Assembly: GCA_043228905.1 (NCBI GenBank) | Contig: JBHGNT010000011.1 | Location: forward strand, 11,284,001-11,348,000 | Direction: 5' to 3' | DNA: 64,000 nucleotides | From: Azolla caroliniana | Lineage: Eukaryota; Plantae; Polypodiophyta | Part shown: positions 49,806 to 63,010 of the stretch, one piece after another | How positions within the stretch are numbered: position 1 is the stretch's first letter | How the letters are laid out: every line of letters starts with the position of its first letter | The notes under the pieces: model-generated | What the model was told of the DNA's origin: nothing | The model's input: only the letters and a program-made list of their open reading frames with translations | Databases searched by the model: none | Program-made: the position numbers and the translations under genes

Positions 49806-50911
49806 TACCTCTCTCCCTCTCTTTTGGTCTCAGAAGACGTTAATATATCTTTCTTTCTTTCTTTCCCTGTCTCTATTTGTATAGAATCTAGACTGTATAG
49901 ACTACTTACTGTATACATATATATGTATAGATCGATAGATAGATGTGTCTCTGTCTGTGTCTCTATTATCTGTAGTTAGGACTTTCTTTAGTTGTGATGT
50001 CCCCCCTCTATCTATGCTTAGCTGTCATCATAGAATGTATTATAGGTGTTCGTGCAACCATGGAAACGTTTGAAAACAAACACGTTTAGAAAGGGAAAAA
50101 TGCGTGCTCCTTGCTTCTTCTTTTTTATCATTTATTGTCATTGCAAATCGACTCACCCTAGTCTCTCATGAGTCATCGCAAATTTTTGTGTTAGTATCAT
50201 ATTTGTTTGTTTTTTTTCTCCCCTCACCATTAGAAATTGACTCAACCTGATCATTGGTTGCCATGCTACTATTGCCTATGTCTTGGGTTCAATTCCCAAT
50301 TTTCTCATATCCTCTCTTTAGTGTCATGTCATGGCCAAAATTTTATGTTAGTGTCATCTTCCTTTTTTTTTTCTTTGTTATTAGAAATTAGCTCACCCTA
50401 GTGGTAAGTTGTCATGCTACTACTGCATATGTCATGTTTTCTTCATATTCTCGAATATTCGTTTTATGAGTTTTTGAACGTTTGATTATAATTTATAATG
50501 ACATATTTTGATTCAATCTCTATAGTTCATACTCATTTTTTTGTAAAGTTCTAAAGTGAGGGGGATAGAGATGTCTTGATTCTTAAGAAACATCCCAAAG
50601 GCATGCATGTGATACAATGCAAATATTGCAACCATACTTATGTTGGTGGTTCACAATGGATTAGAGTCCACTTATTGGGATTGAGGGTGAATCAATATAT
50701 AATATAGACCATAGTCAATCCAATCCAACTTTGAGATGATTTACCATACACGTTTGATTGAATCATTCTTGAATGTGAATGCACGCATGTTATGTATGGT
50801 TCATTCTATGGTTGACATCATAGATTGACCCATGCATGATATTCGCAGTATTCTCCATTCGTAATATTCAAGCATACAAAATGACCCCGAGAATATTATA
50901 GAACCATTCGT

Positions 50912-53070
50912 TTATTTTTTTATTTTTTTTCCAAAAAAAACACTACTTCCCATTAGTTAGCAAACGAAGTACATCAAAGTTCAACCATAATCAGCAAAAC
51001 TCACACTACTCCACACAAAACTAAGCATAATCCCCACCCTGATATTTACAACAAAAGTATCCCGCTAACTCTTTTTACATGGTAACCACATATTTATATC
51101 TCCTTTCCACTAATGGAAGCCATAGGCGGAAACAACCATCTCAGTGCATGGTAGTTCCATTTAGGCCCTAATGATGATTTTACCATCATAGGAGAACGAC
51201 CCCATTTCAGCAAAAAATTTGACTGAGCCCTTTCTGCTTCATCCGAGTCCCCTTCAATCGAGTTGTATCGTCTGCGCAGCCAAGATACCAGCTCGAACCA
51301 AATGTTTAGCAACACCTCTCCGCTTGGGAGTTTTCGTTGCTGAAAAACAAACATAAATCGTCTAATCCAAATGTGCCAGACCGAGAAGCACGCCACCAAC
51401 ATCCATATCTCCTCAAAAAAACCAGAGTTTGTACCAAGTTTCACTCCAACACATTTGAGTACATTGCCACCCTGCACTATAAATCCATGACCATGTGGAT
51501 TTAGTTGTTCCGCCCAGCCTTCCCCAATTAGCTTCAAAGCCTGTAAAGACCCCCACACAACTCTCCCACTCACACCGCATGCTACCACTATCCTGAGACT
51601 TCTACCCCAAATGATGATTTCCTCTACACAATTCCAAAAACAATGAGGTATCTATTCTAAAGAGTGACCACATAACTTACAACCAACCTCCCCACCATGA
51701 CACCTCATCCACTCCCCTACAAGTATCGCCTTATGGCTAAGAAGCCAAAACCAAACCTCTATTTTTTCTGGCATATCCAATGCCCATAGTCTCCTCCAAA
51801 ACGACTTCAACAAGTCATCTGATATGCCTTTATCCCTCCAACTATTGCAAGTCTGAGCAACGCCCACTGATTTGGAGCCAATGATTTGCCTTCCGAGCTT
51901 AGTACTATAATAAAAAAACCAATCCAGTTTGTTTGTTCCCGGTTTCTACCACCATACCTCTAATGGATTCCACTCCAAATCACATAGGGGCTTGTTGTCA
52001 AATAGCCATAGTTTACAATCATTATCTAGCTTCCCTGGGTCCGGGTTTACTTGCCACTTCTTACCTTCCAACACTACCACCCGCACTGCCAACCATCGGC
52101 CATTGTCGGACAAAGCACTTAGGTTTCCCCACAAACGATACTCATTAGATGGGCACTTGCCACGGATAATTTGTCCATCACTCTCACTTACAAACCACCC
52201 AGACCAAACCCCCTCTTCCTCATTCAACCTTTCTAGACCATCAACAACCTTATTTATCAGCTGGGTCACCTTCTCAAGCCTACTAGTAATGCTACCAGAC
52301 TTATCCTCACTCCTCTTCATTCTGAAAACATCCCAATCTCTTCCTAAACTAACATTGTACCCTAACATGCGCCCCCATGGAAAATATTTTTTCTGTCCAA
52401 GTATCATGCCATCTTCGCTTCTAATCCTAGGGTTTCAAAATAACGATTGTTGGAGTTGTTCTTCCAATGTTTTCAGTTGCATTAAGACCAACCCTTCTCT
52501 TACACTTGACCAGGCCATCATTATGGCACGGGCCACCCTGTCCTCCATGCTAGCTGGTTCTTTCATCTTTAGATCTAGACTGAACAACCACCAGATCTTT
52601 GCCTTCCAGGGGCCACCATTCCTTGGACACCAAAGGTCAGCTCTATCCCTAAGAAGCATCTTCCACAACTCAGGTCTAGGTTGTAAACTTCGCACAAGTA
52701 GCTTACCGAGTAAAGCCTTACTTTGGTGAACTAGATCCACCAACGCAAGTCCACCCTAGTTTTTCGCCTTGATCAAACAACTCCACGCCACTTTAGCTGG
52801 TGTCGTCTCGTGGTCTCTACCCAACCATAGGAACCCTCTCACGATTGCCTTAATGTTTTTGATGCAAGTTTTGCCTAACATCCAACATGCCACCGAGTGC
52901 CACATGGTGGCTAACAAAATGTGGTTTACCATGACCACCCTACCTGCAAGAGAAAGCTTTCCCAATGCCCATAACCAAAGCTTTTTTCTGATTTTGTCTT
53001 TCACTTGCTCAAGTTGTTGGTTTTTAGGTGTCTCAACTCCCACCAAAAAACCCAAATATTTAACAGCCAT
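50912..53070 (-). mobile_element. 5'-truncated L1-type LINE (ORF2 C-terminal part, zf-RVT) with an A-rich tail
   Basis: KYLGF, LSLAGRVVMVNHIL, AKVAWS and CKLC..E...H.FW.C motifs; T-rich tract at 50912-50930 corresponds to a poly(A) tail on -. Confidence 0.85.
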
Positions 53071-53256
53071 TGCATTTATTATTACCATTCGAGTAAAAAG
53101 TGGGGGATTAATGAACTTTTTATTTATTTATTTATTAAAAATCAAACAAATACTTTTAAGTTTTACATCTATTATAAAAATGTTATTAGTATGAGGTCCC
53201 ATTTTTAATGTTAGATAAAAATATCAAATTTTGTGGGAGAGTAAAAAGTGAGGAAT

Positions 53257-55576
53257 TGTCACAGACATGACAAACAATCATGTCAAGATTTGAACTCTTG
53301 ATCTCTTGACATATATAGTTAAGTGTTGTTTTCTAACCAACAAATCCAAATATATGGTCATGTTATGTATATCTTAATAGATTATTAGTAGATTATCTGT
53401 TTCAAGTTCAAGGAGTTTTTAGAAAGTTCTAGAACTAGAAGGTTCTAGAGGGTTCTACAATATTCTCCCGAATATTCTCCAAAATATTCTAATGCATGTA
53501 CTTTGACTAACAGTATAAATACTTGTAACCTCCTTGGTCCTTTTGAAGGGATTCACCAGTCACTGACACGTCAATCTAGTATTCTTGTTTAGCCCCATCT
53601 TCTCTCCTTGATTTACGTCTCTGTCTTTATGCTCTTGTATTGTTCCTAGCATCTTAAGTTCCTCATCTTGTTGCTCCCAACTTCCCGAGTTTCTAGCCTC
53701 ATCACATTGAGTTCCACGTTTGTAACCTTATCAGTAGTAGCCTCGTCATTTGTGCTCCATCATAGTCTAGGGTTGGTGTGTCCGTGATAGTTTGAATCCC
53801 TTCAAACTAGAAGCATTACCCGTCTTTGTCATCGCCCTTGCTTCTAGAGTTACCATTGTCACCATCATTGGTTCTAGAGTTACCATCATTAACATCCCTT
53901 CATTTTCTATCTTCCTCACCATCTCTATCTCGAGGTTTCTTTTCATCATCGTCTTTGTCTTTTCTCTCCTAGTTTTTTCTCATCATCATCTCTATCTCTG
54001 CACTTCTTATCATCTTCCACATCCCTATCTTTGCATTTTTTTTCATTGTCATCCTTCTCCTTGTGTTTCCTACCGTTTTCATCTCTATCTATGTGTTTCT
54101 TATTATCTTCGTGACTTTCTGTACGTTTCCTATCACCTTCATTCTTGTCTTTGTGTTTTCTATCATCCTTTGTATATGTGTCTTTGTGTTTCTTCAAAAC
54201 CGCAACATCTCGATCTCTATGTTTCTTATCCTCTTCATCTCTTTCTCCGCTTCCATCATTGGCATAGTCAAAGTCGTTGCTTCCAAAGTCGCTTCGTCAA
54301 CGTCATTGCCTTCATTGCTTCCTCTTCGACATCATCATCTTCAACCCTCTTGTTGTCGTCATCAACACTAATTTGCCTAACTGTCATTGTCTTCAAGTGT
54401 TCCAATTCCCGGTGAGGACCGTGCAGGGACACTCACATCCATTGGTGTTCGCGTCTCCGGTGAGGACCGTACATGGTCTCTCACGCTTGTTGGTGTTCCA
54501 GTTCTAGGTGAGGACCACACATGGTCGCTCACGTCCGTTGGTGTTCGTGTCTCTGGTGAGGACCGCACATGGTTACTCACGCTCATTGGTTTTCCAGTTC
54601 CTAGTGAGGACCGCACATGGTCGCTCATTTCCATTGGTGTTCCTGTCTTCGGTGAAGACCATACATGGTCTCTCACGCCCTTGGTGTTCGTGTCTCTGTT
54701 GAGGACCGTACATGGTCGCTCACACCCATTGGTGTTCCAGTTCCTGGTGAGGACTGCACATGGTCACTCACGTCCATTGGTGTTCCAATTCCCGGTGAGG
54801 ACCGCACATGGTTGCTCATGCCCATTGGTGTTCTAGTTCCCGGTGAGGACCATACATTGTTGCTGACACTCACGTTGGTGTTCCACTCTTCGGTGAGGAC
54901 CAAACATGGTTGCTCACACTCACATTGGTGTTATAGTCTCCAGTGAGGATTGTACATGGTCGCTCACGCCCGTGGGTGTTCTAGTCTCCGGTGAGGACCA
55001 CACATGGTCGCTCACGTTCACCCATGCTCCTATTTTTAGTGAGGATTGCTCATGGTCAGTCACTCGTCAACGTACTTTGGTTTTCTCTTTTAGCTCACCC
55101 CTACACCACGCTTTCGAAAAGGCGGTCGTAAAGGGGAGGATAATGTCATAGACATGACAACAGTCATGTCAAGATTTGAACTCTTGACCTCTTGACATAT
55201 ATAGTCAAGTGTTGTGTTCTAACCAACAAATCCAAATATATGGTTATGTTATGTATATCTTAGTAGATTATTTGTTTCAAGTTCTAGGAGTTTTTAGAAA
55301 GTTCTAGAGGGTTGTACAATATTCTCCTGAATATTCTCCAAAATATTCTAATGCATGTACTTTGACTAACAATATAAATACTTGTAACCTCCTTGGTCCT
55401 TTTGAAGGGATTCACCAGTCACGGACACGTCAATCTAGTATTCTCCTTTAGCCCCATCTTCTTAAGTTCCTCGGATCATCACTCCCCCACTTCTCGAGTT
55501 TCTAGCCTTGTCACTTCTAGTTCGTAGCCCCATCCTCCGTTCTCTATTTGAGTCTGTGTTTGGTGTGTCCATGATA
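53257..55576 (+). mobile_element. Non-autonomous LTR element (TRIM/LARD-like) with internal tandem arrays
   Basis: LTRs 53257-53789 and 55144-55576 (TGTCA...TGATA), 5-bp TSD GGAAT, PPT AAGGGGAGGATAA, no retroelement protein motifs. It sits inside an AT-rich tandem repeat (53090-53256 / 55577-55870). Confidence 0.85.
54400..55070. repeat. 48-bp tandem array (~14 copies, GGTGAGGACCGCACATGGTCGCTCAC...)
   Basis: GGTGAGGACC at 54411, 54459, 54507, 54555 and onward. Confidence 0.92.
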
Positions 55577-56404
55577 GGAATCATTGAAGCTTTTATTTAT
55601 TTATTTATATTTATTGTTTTATGAAAAAATAGAACAAATACTTTTAAGTTTTATATCTATTATAAAAATAATATTAGTGTGAGGTTCCCTTTTTAATGAC
55701 AGATATAAATATCAAATTTTATGGGAGAGTAAAAATTGGGGAATTAATGAACCTTTTATTTATTGTTTATTTTTTTACTAAAAATAAAACAAATACTTTT
55801 AAGTTTTACAACTATTATAAAAATATTATTAGTCTAAGTCTCCTTTTTAATGTGAAGTAAAATATCCCCTTTTTTATTGTCAAATTCTTCTTTGTTAAAA
55901 CTTATAGTTATAAGTTATAACTTATATGATATTAATATATGATATATCTAAGAAACTAAAAGTAGGCACTTTATAAACTCTTTTTTCTTTTAACGAATAT
56001 TTTTCATGCATTCGTTTGGTAACCTCCACGAATGTGAATATGTCAATCTATGGTTGTCCTGTGTGTATTATGTATATATAGGTTGTTAAAACGATAATTT
56101 ATATGCTTGCTTTAATTGGTGACTTTTGAATGTGGGATAAATGTAGATAGGGAAGTTGACTGCACCTTCCATAGACTATGCACTTCTCATGACCCGAGTC
56201 TAAAAAGCTTTTTTAACATTTTCTGTTTTTGCTATCTCATGGCTCAAGATCAGAGATTTGAACTAGTGATTATTGACAGTACAACATATGCACTTTAATT
56301 TACATGTTATGTTTGGTAAGTGTATATGTATGGATGTCTACATGTACATGTTGTTGCTATGGATGTATAATATGTATGTCACATGTGTTTGAGATGTCCC
56401 ACAT

Positions 56405-57060
56405 GCATGTTGTCAGTATCTCAAAAACAGGCTTTAAACTCACTTAAAAACTCTTCAAAATTGTTTAGTAAAGGAGATTCCTTTTCTAACAACAGAGCGA
56501 ACCATGCCAAAGCTGAGCCATTTAGTAACGTGCCTACTAAACTCACTCGTGATGCATCGATGGGATATTGGGAAGGATGCATTTGAATGACTAATCGTAC
56601 CTGATTAAGGAATCCTCTAAACTACGATCGTGTTCCATCGAATTTCATGGGAAGGCCGATCTTGGGTTCTTTATGAATCCTTTGCGTACTGGGTCCTTGT
56701 TGTTGCATCGCTACTATGGTTGCTTCGAGCTGTTGAATGCCTAACGCTAGTTCCCCATGTTGTTGTTGCGTCTACTGCGTCTCTAAGGAGATTTGTTGAA
56801 GCTCCCCCAACAGTCGTTGAGTTTCTTGTTCCAATGCGAGAAACTACTCTTTCAAGTATTGCAACTCCGAGAAAACGGATTGATATTCTTGAGAGCTAAC
56901 AATTGCCATAGTATGAGAGAAAAGAGGAATAAGACAAGGAAGGAAGGAGAAGGAAGAGAAGGAAGGAGACGAAAATCGGTTCAAACTGTCAGGAATAGTA
57001 CTAAGACAAAGAAGGAATTAGTACTAAAAGATGAGGATTAGTACTAAGGGAGGTGTAGAA
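56405..57060 (-). mobile_element. Decayed Gypsy gag remnant (Tf2/chromovirus-like) with leader
   Basis: Minus strand reads LPMKFDGTRS*FRGFLNQV...VGTLLNGSALAWFALLLEKESPLLNNFEEFLSEFKACF, a retrotransposon gag signature. Confidence 0.7.
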
Positions 57061-57317
57061 CTCTTGAGAGAAGGAAAGAGTGGGTGAGAGAGTGAGATCG
57101 AGAGAGAGAGAATGATGATAACAAAATATATATATTATGTTAAGAGAATATACACTAGTGGCTAGGAGGCGTAAGACTGGCGTTGAACCGATTTGGTTGG
57201 AAATAATGCCTTGTGCCTCCTTTTATAGTGTTCTCAGGAGTACTCTTGAAGTTTCTAGAATGTTCCAAAGAAATCTCGAATATATATCAATTTTCTATAG
57301 TAAAACTTAAATGAAAA

Positions 57318-57382
57318 TATAGTCTAATGGTCAAGAGCTTGACTCATGTAACATAAGGTCATGGGTTCAAGTCTTGCCATAT
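57318..57382 (+). other. tRNA-derived (SINE-head-like) segment with A and B boxes
   Basis: TAGTCTAATGGTCAAGAGC...GGGTTCAAGTC; no intact cloverleaf. Confidence 0.5.
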
Positions 57383-57829
57383 CATGACATATGGAGTAAT
57401 AGAGTGGTGAGAAATTTGGTTCTCTAAACCAAGATCTAGGTCTAGTAGAGAAATTTGGGTTTATAACAGATGATATATCTATGGAGTAATGTAGAGGTGA
57501 GAGAATTGGTTCTCTAACCCAAGATCTAGATCTAGTATTATACACTATTGGGTAAGTTAATTATGATTTATTTTTTTAAGAGAGACAAAATAATTTGAGG
57601 AAAAGCATCCTCCCATGGCCCACTCACTCTTGACATCACTCTTGTCACTTTGACACTACATGATTTCATGGCATGAGGAAAAAAGAGAGAGAGAAAAGGA
57701 AAACAATCCTTCCATGGACCCATAGCCCACTCACTTTATATACTCTTTGTCACTCTGACACCACTCATCTCTTCTTCACCAACACAGGGATCTTGGCGTC
57801 TGCTATTACGAACACAGCTATGGCGCCAC

Positions 57830-60800
57830 CCTCACACTCTTCTCTCTCTCTCTTTGATAATAGAGGCTAATCATTTATTCTATTCAACTCTCTGTTCAAC
57901 TCCCTCTCTATGTTTTTGCCCTAGATGTATTTATCCTCATACATCATATGGGCTATTTCCAAGTGTAGCCACCACTACACATCATCATCATCATCATCAT
58001 CATCATTATTATTATTACAATAATAATAATCGACAGTTAATCAGTAGACTCTCTACTGTCAACTCTTCTAGGGCCGAACAATTGGCTCTTCCCCTTGGAG
58101 GGACATATTCCCAACAAAATCCCCCTTCACTCTTGTGGGAGGGAATCGGTTAGTCCTGTCTTCTGTGGACAGACTCTAAGTCTGTCCATCGGCAGGTTCT
58201 TTGTGAGCATGTCGGATCCATTGTCATTAATATGGATCTTCTTGAGGGTAAACTCTCCTTCTTTGACTTTCTCCCTCAACCAGTGATACCTTCTCTGTAT
58301 ACGCTTGGTCTAGGAGTGGTACGTGACATTCTTTGCTAGATGTATGGCACTCTAGCTATCACAATGAAGAAAGAGCTCCCTTTGCTTCATCCCCAACTCA
58401 CTGAGAAAATTTCTCATCCAGATTAGCTCTTTGCCAGCCTCTACTACTGCCATGTACTCTGTCTCTGTGGTCGACAAAGCCACAGACTTCTGTAATCGTG
58501 ACTACCACGACACACCCCCCCTGCATAGGTCATCATGTACCCTGACGTAGATCGGCTTGAATCTACATCCCCCAACATGTCCGAGTTGGTAAACCCTTCG
58601 TGCATGGGTTTTCCGACACCATACCTTAGGCATACCCCCAAGGTGCCTTTCAAGTACCTGAGTATCCACTTCACCGCTGCCTAGTGTTCTCTTCCTGGAT
58701 TACTCATGTATCGGCATACTGTTCCTACAACAAAATCTATGTCTGGTCTCGTGCAGACCATAACATACATTAGACTGCCGATGGCTAAGGCATATGGCAC
58801 TTTCCTCATCTCAGCCTTTTCTTTCTCCCCTCTAGAGCATTGCTTAGCATTTAACTTGCAATTGGTCGGCAACACAGAGCCGACTGGCTTTGCTTCCGAC
58901 ATGTTGAACCTCTCTAGGATCTTTGTCACATACTTCTGTTGTGACAATCACAACACTTTCTTAGTTCTATCTTGAACTATGTGTGTCCCCAAGATTTGTT
59001 TAGCCGATCCAAGATCTTTAATGGCAAACGATTTGCCTAGGGCTTTCTTCAAGCTCTCTATCTTCCTTGTATCTTGACCGACTATCAACATGTCATCGAC
59101 ATATAATAAGAGAATCAAGAAGTCACCTTCATCGTACCTTTTGACAAACACACATTGATCGGCCTGTGTTTTCTGGAACCCATGTTCCACCATGAAGGAT
59201 TCGAACTTCTTGTACCACTGGCGTAGAGCTTGTTTCAGACCATACAAGCTTTTCTTCAGTCAACTCACCAAGTTCTCTTTCCCTTTCTCCTCAAAGCCTT
59301 CGGGTTGTTGCATGTAGATCTCTTCATCCAGCTCCCCATGCAAGAATGTTGTCTTGACATCCACTTGTTCGATCTCTAGGTCCATGTTGGCAACTATGCT
59401 CAGAACAATTCAGATGGATGTCATCTTCATGACTGGTGCTAAAATCTCTTCAAAGTCGACACCCTTTTTCTGTTGGAACCCCTTCAACACTATGCGGGCT
59501 TTATACCTAGGTGCATGGTCGACTTCTCCAGTCTTCACCTTATAGACCCATTTGTTCTTGAGTGCTCTCTTACCTTTTGGTAATTCTACCAAGTCGTAGG
59601 TGTAGTTTTCATGCAAGGAGTTCATCTCATCTTGCATTGCACTCAGTCATCTTTCTCTGTGGTTGTCGGCAATGGCTTTGTCATAGCACTCTTGTTCACC
59701 TTCATCAGTCATGAGGATGTATTGACTAGCATATGTGAGAGGAATAGTGCGGAATACTGCTCGGCCATAACCGAGTCTTGAATCACTTCTATAAGAGTAC
59801 ACACAAAAGAGAGTACACATGATGTTTACGTGGAAAACCCTGACTGGGAAAAACCACAGGAGCCCACAGACTCCAACTATCACTATGAAGAAAAAGGGTA
59901 CAATTAGAGACTTAGAGGCAATGACCTCGAGCTCTGTTTCTTCACCAATGGACAGTTACAATAGAGTATTTCTCTGTATCTCACACTCTCTCTGTGTCAC
60001 TCTCTTTATACAACAATATAACAATAACAACAACAACCTTCTGCATCATACACAAAGTGATTGCCCTAAGTCATATTTATACTTATATGAACTTAGGGCT
60101 ATTTACAAATATAGCCTCGATAGGATTACTCAAAAACAACATATTTACAGATATGTCTCTCTTCCGTTTCTCACCGGCTCTTCTCCGGTTTCTGGTTCTC
60201 ACCGGGTCCTCTTCATTCATCACCGGATCCCATCCAGAGAGACCGATTTCCCAACAATATGTTGTCAGTGCTCTTCTCTCTCTAAGAGGATATCTCCTTC
60301 CATTCATTGTTGGCCCTCGTTCGGATGTCTCTGCCAACTCTTCTCTCGGCTTGGGTTCATGTATGTCGATCGGCTGCTCAAGGTTGGATGACTCCAACTC
60401 GTATTCTTCGATCGACATTAGCAGCTATGCCGACTCGGGCTCATAGTCGGTCGGTTTCTCTAAGTCGATTGACTCAGATTTTGCTGTGCCAACTAGCTGT
60501 CTCCGAACAACTGACTGTGTCGGTTCACTTTGCCTCAAGTTGATAGTTACAGTGGAGATTGACCAAGTAGTCGATACCGACTTCTGTTGCTTCCAATCCT
60601 CTATCGTCTTGTCTTCCAAAAAGACTACCTCTCGACTCCTCACTACCTTCTTGTCGACTAGGTCGCATAGCCTATAGCCGAAATCTTCTTCCGAATATCG
60701 CATAAATATGCATGGTTTCGAGCTACTATCGAGCTTCAACCTCTGATCCTTTACAACATTCATATACACTAAGCATCCGAACAACCTCAGACATCCTGTC

Positions 60801-63010
60801 CACACCCTTTGTGGGACATCACCTTTTAGTGGTACTGAGGGGAACCTATTGATCAAGTAAACTATTTTGTACATCACCTCAGCCCAATACGATTTCGGCA
60901 ATTTAGCATGAGAGAGCATGCTCCTTACTCTCTCCATGATAGTTCGATTCATCCTCTCTATGAGCCCGTTCAACTCAAGGGTCTTCGGCACTGTGTATTC
61001 GATTTGAATACCTTGGGCCTTGTAATATTCCTCAAACTGCCCTCTACATTCTCCACCATTGTCGGTTCGGACAAACTTCAACTTCCGACTTGACTCCCGT
61101 TCGGCTCTTGCTTGGAACTTCTTGAAGAACGACAGTACTTGATCTTTTGACTTTAGTACGAAAGCCCACAACTTCCGAATGTAGTTGTCAATGAAAGTCA
61201 CAAAGTACTGTCCGCCTCGATGCGACGAAGCATCTACATAACACACATCCGTGTGTACTAGTTCCAGTGGCACTTCTGTTCTTCTTGGTGGTCTTGAGTG
61301 GAATGTTGCTCTATTTTGCTGTCCAACTAAGTAAGTAGTCTACGCACTTCTCCAGGTGCACTCACTTTACCTCTGGTAGAAGTTTCTGATCGGCTAACAG
61401 ATGTAGACCCTTCTCACTCATGTGGCCTAGCCTCTTATCCCATATCTGACCTACCGAGTCGGCTGCCACATTCACTTCCGACTTGCACAGTCGGGCTTGC
61501 ATCATATATAGTGTGCCTTCTTTCTGTGCTTGAGCCACAATGAGATTTCCTTGCCAGAACTTCCACTTGCCATTTCGAAAACTACCATTGTAGCCTTCGT
61601 CGTCCAATCTTCCAATCGATATCAAATTGAATCTTATATCGGGAACATGTTGAACATCCTTTAGAGTCAATCGACGTCGTCAAACAAACACTTCCGACTT
61701 TGTCTAACTTGCACTGCCCATTGTCACCCATCTTTACATAACCATGATCACTGGCTATGTAAGCCGAGAAATACTCTCTCGAGGGAGTTATGGGGAAAGA
61801 TGCATCGGAGTCAATCACCCAAGTGCACTCTTCACTTGCAAGGTTTGTGCTTTCTTGTTCACAAATGAACAAGAGTTTTTCATTGCTCATAGCAATGGCT
61901 GAAGTGTTCTTTTCTTCAGGGATCTTCTTGGGTTCGACATTAATACCGACACTCTTTTCCTTCTTAAGATGTCGGAAGTCCTTCTGGAAATGTCCAAGGT
62001 TTCCACAATAAAAGCACACGAGCTTACCTTTGGACTTCGATCTAGCTTGGGATTTTTCTCTCCTTGGTGGACTCCTTTGCCGGTTCCTTCCTATGTTCGA
62101 ATGTTGTGTGATATTCACATATGCTTGGGACAGGACACCCTTGTCCTTCCTTCTCATCTCCTCATTCAAGATACTTGTCTTTACCGCTTTTAGAGACAGG
62201 TTCTCTTCTTGGCACGAGGTGCTGAGAGTCATCACTAGATTCTCCCAGCTATTCGGTAGGGTGCATAGTAGCAGGATGGCTTGTATTGCATCCTCATGGG
62301 GAAACTTGGTTGCGGCAAGTTGATTTACGTACCCCATGAATGTGCTAATGTGTTCGACGATGCTCTCACCATCTCTGTATTTCAACTATACGATCTTTCT
62401 CATCAGTGAGGTTTTATTGAGGGCGTTCTTTCTCTCATATAGAGCTGACAACTTCTGCCACATCTCATGGGCATTCGTGTCGTTCACAACATGCTGAAGG
62501 ACACTTACATCGACGCACTGTCGGATGGTGGCCACCGCTTTTCTGTTAAGAAGTTTCCATTCCGACTATAATACCCCCATGGGTATTTCTGCCCTGTCGA
62601 TCTTTGACTATGAGAAGGTCGTCCATCTTAATCTTTCAGTCCACATATTTCTGAGAGTTTAGAATTATCATACCTGGGCAGCCGCTCACACCTCCTTCCA
62701 TGCTTGCACCTCAAGCTCTGATACTAGTTTGTTGAGAATCGGATCGTCAATCCACAATAGATATGCTGAAGATACACAACTTAGAACATAAAGCAACAGG
62801 ATGAACAGAAAATACAGTGAACAGATTTACGTGGAAACCCTAAAACGGGAGAACACGACTTCACTAGACAATGGATGTACAAGGGAGAAGATTACAACAC
62901 TCTCGACAATGAAATGTATCAGCTGTCGAATACAAGTGTATAATGGACGTATTCACACTATCCCTTCGGGTCATTTGTGTAATTAGCATAAATGGTAGTT
63001 GCCCTAAGTC
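57830..63010 (-). mobile_element. Ty1/Copia element G, degenerate, with partial LTRs (to 58116; from 62730)
   Basis: Gag, CFYCGNLGHFQKD, WVIDSDAS, integrase (60425-61273), LLLYVDDM and RNase H; PPT after 58116; mutated Met PBS at 62715-62726. Left boundary approximate. Confidence 0.88.
59736..60256 (-). mobile_element. Solo LTR (Copia B/E family) inserted in element G
   Basis: TG...CA ends, 5-bp TSD ATATG; similar to the 8869-9440 and 26230-26384 LTRs. Confidence 0.9.

Noticed and set aside
56236-56298. RAD51-like Walker B peptide (RFELVIIDSTTYAL)
   Set aside because: Only ~14 residues followed by a stop, with no other RAD51 exons recognisable; cannot be supported.
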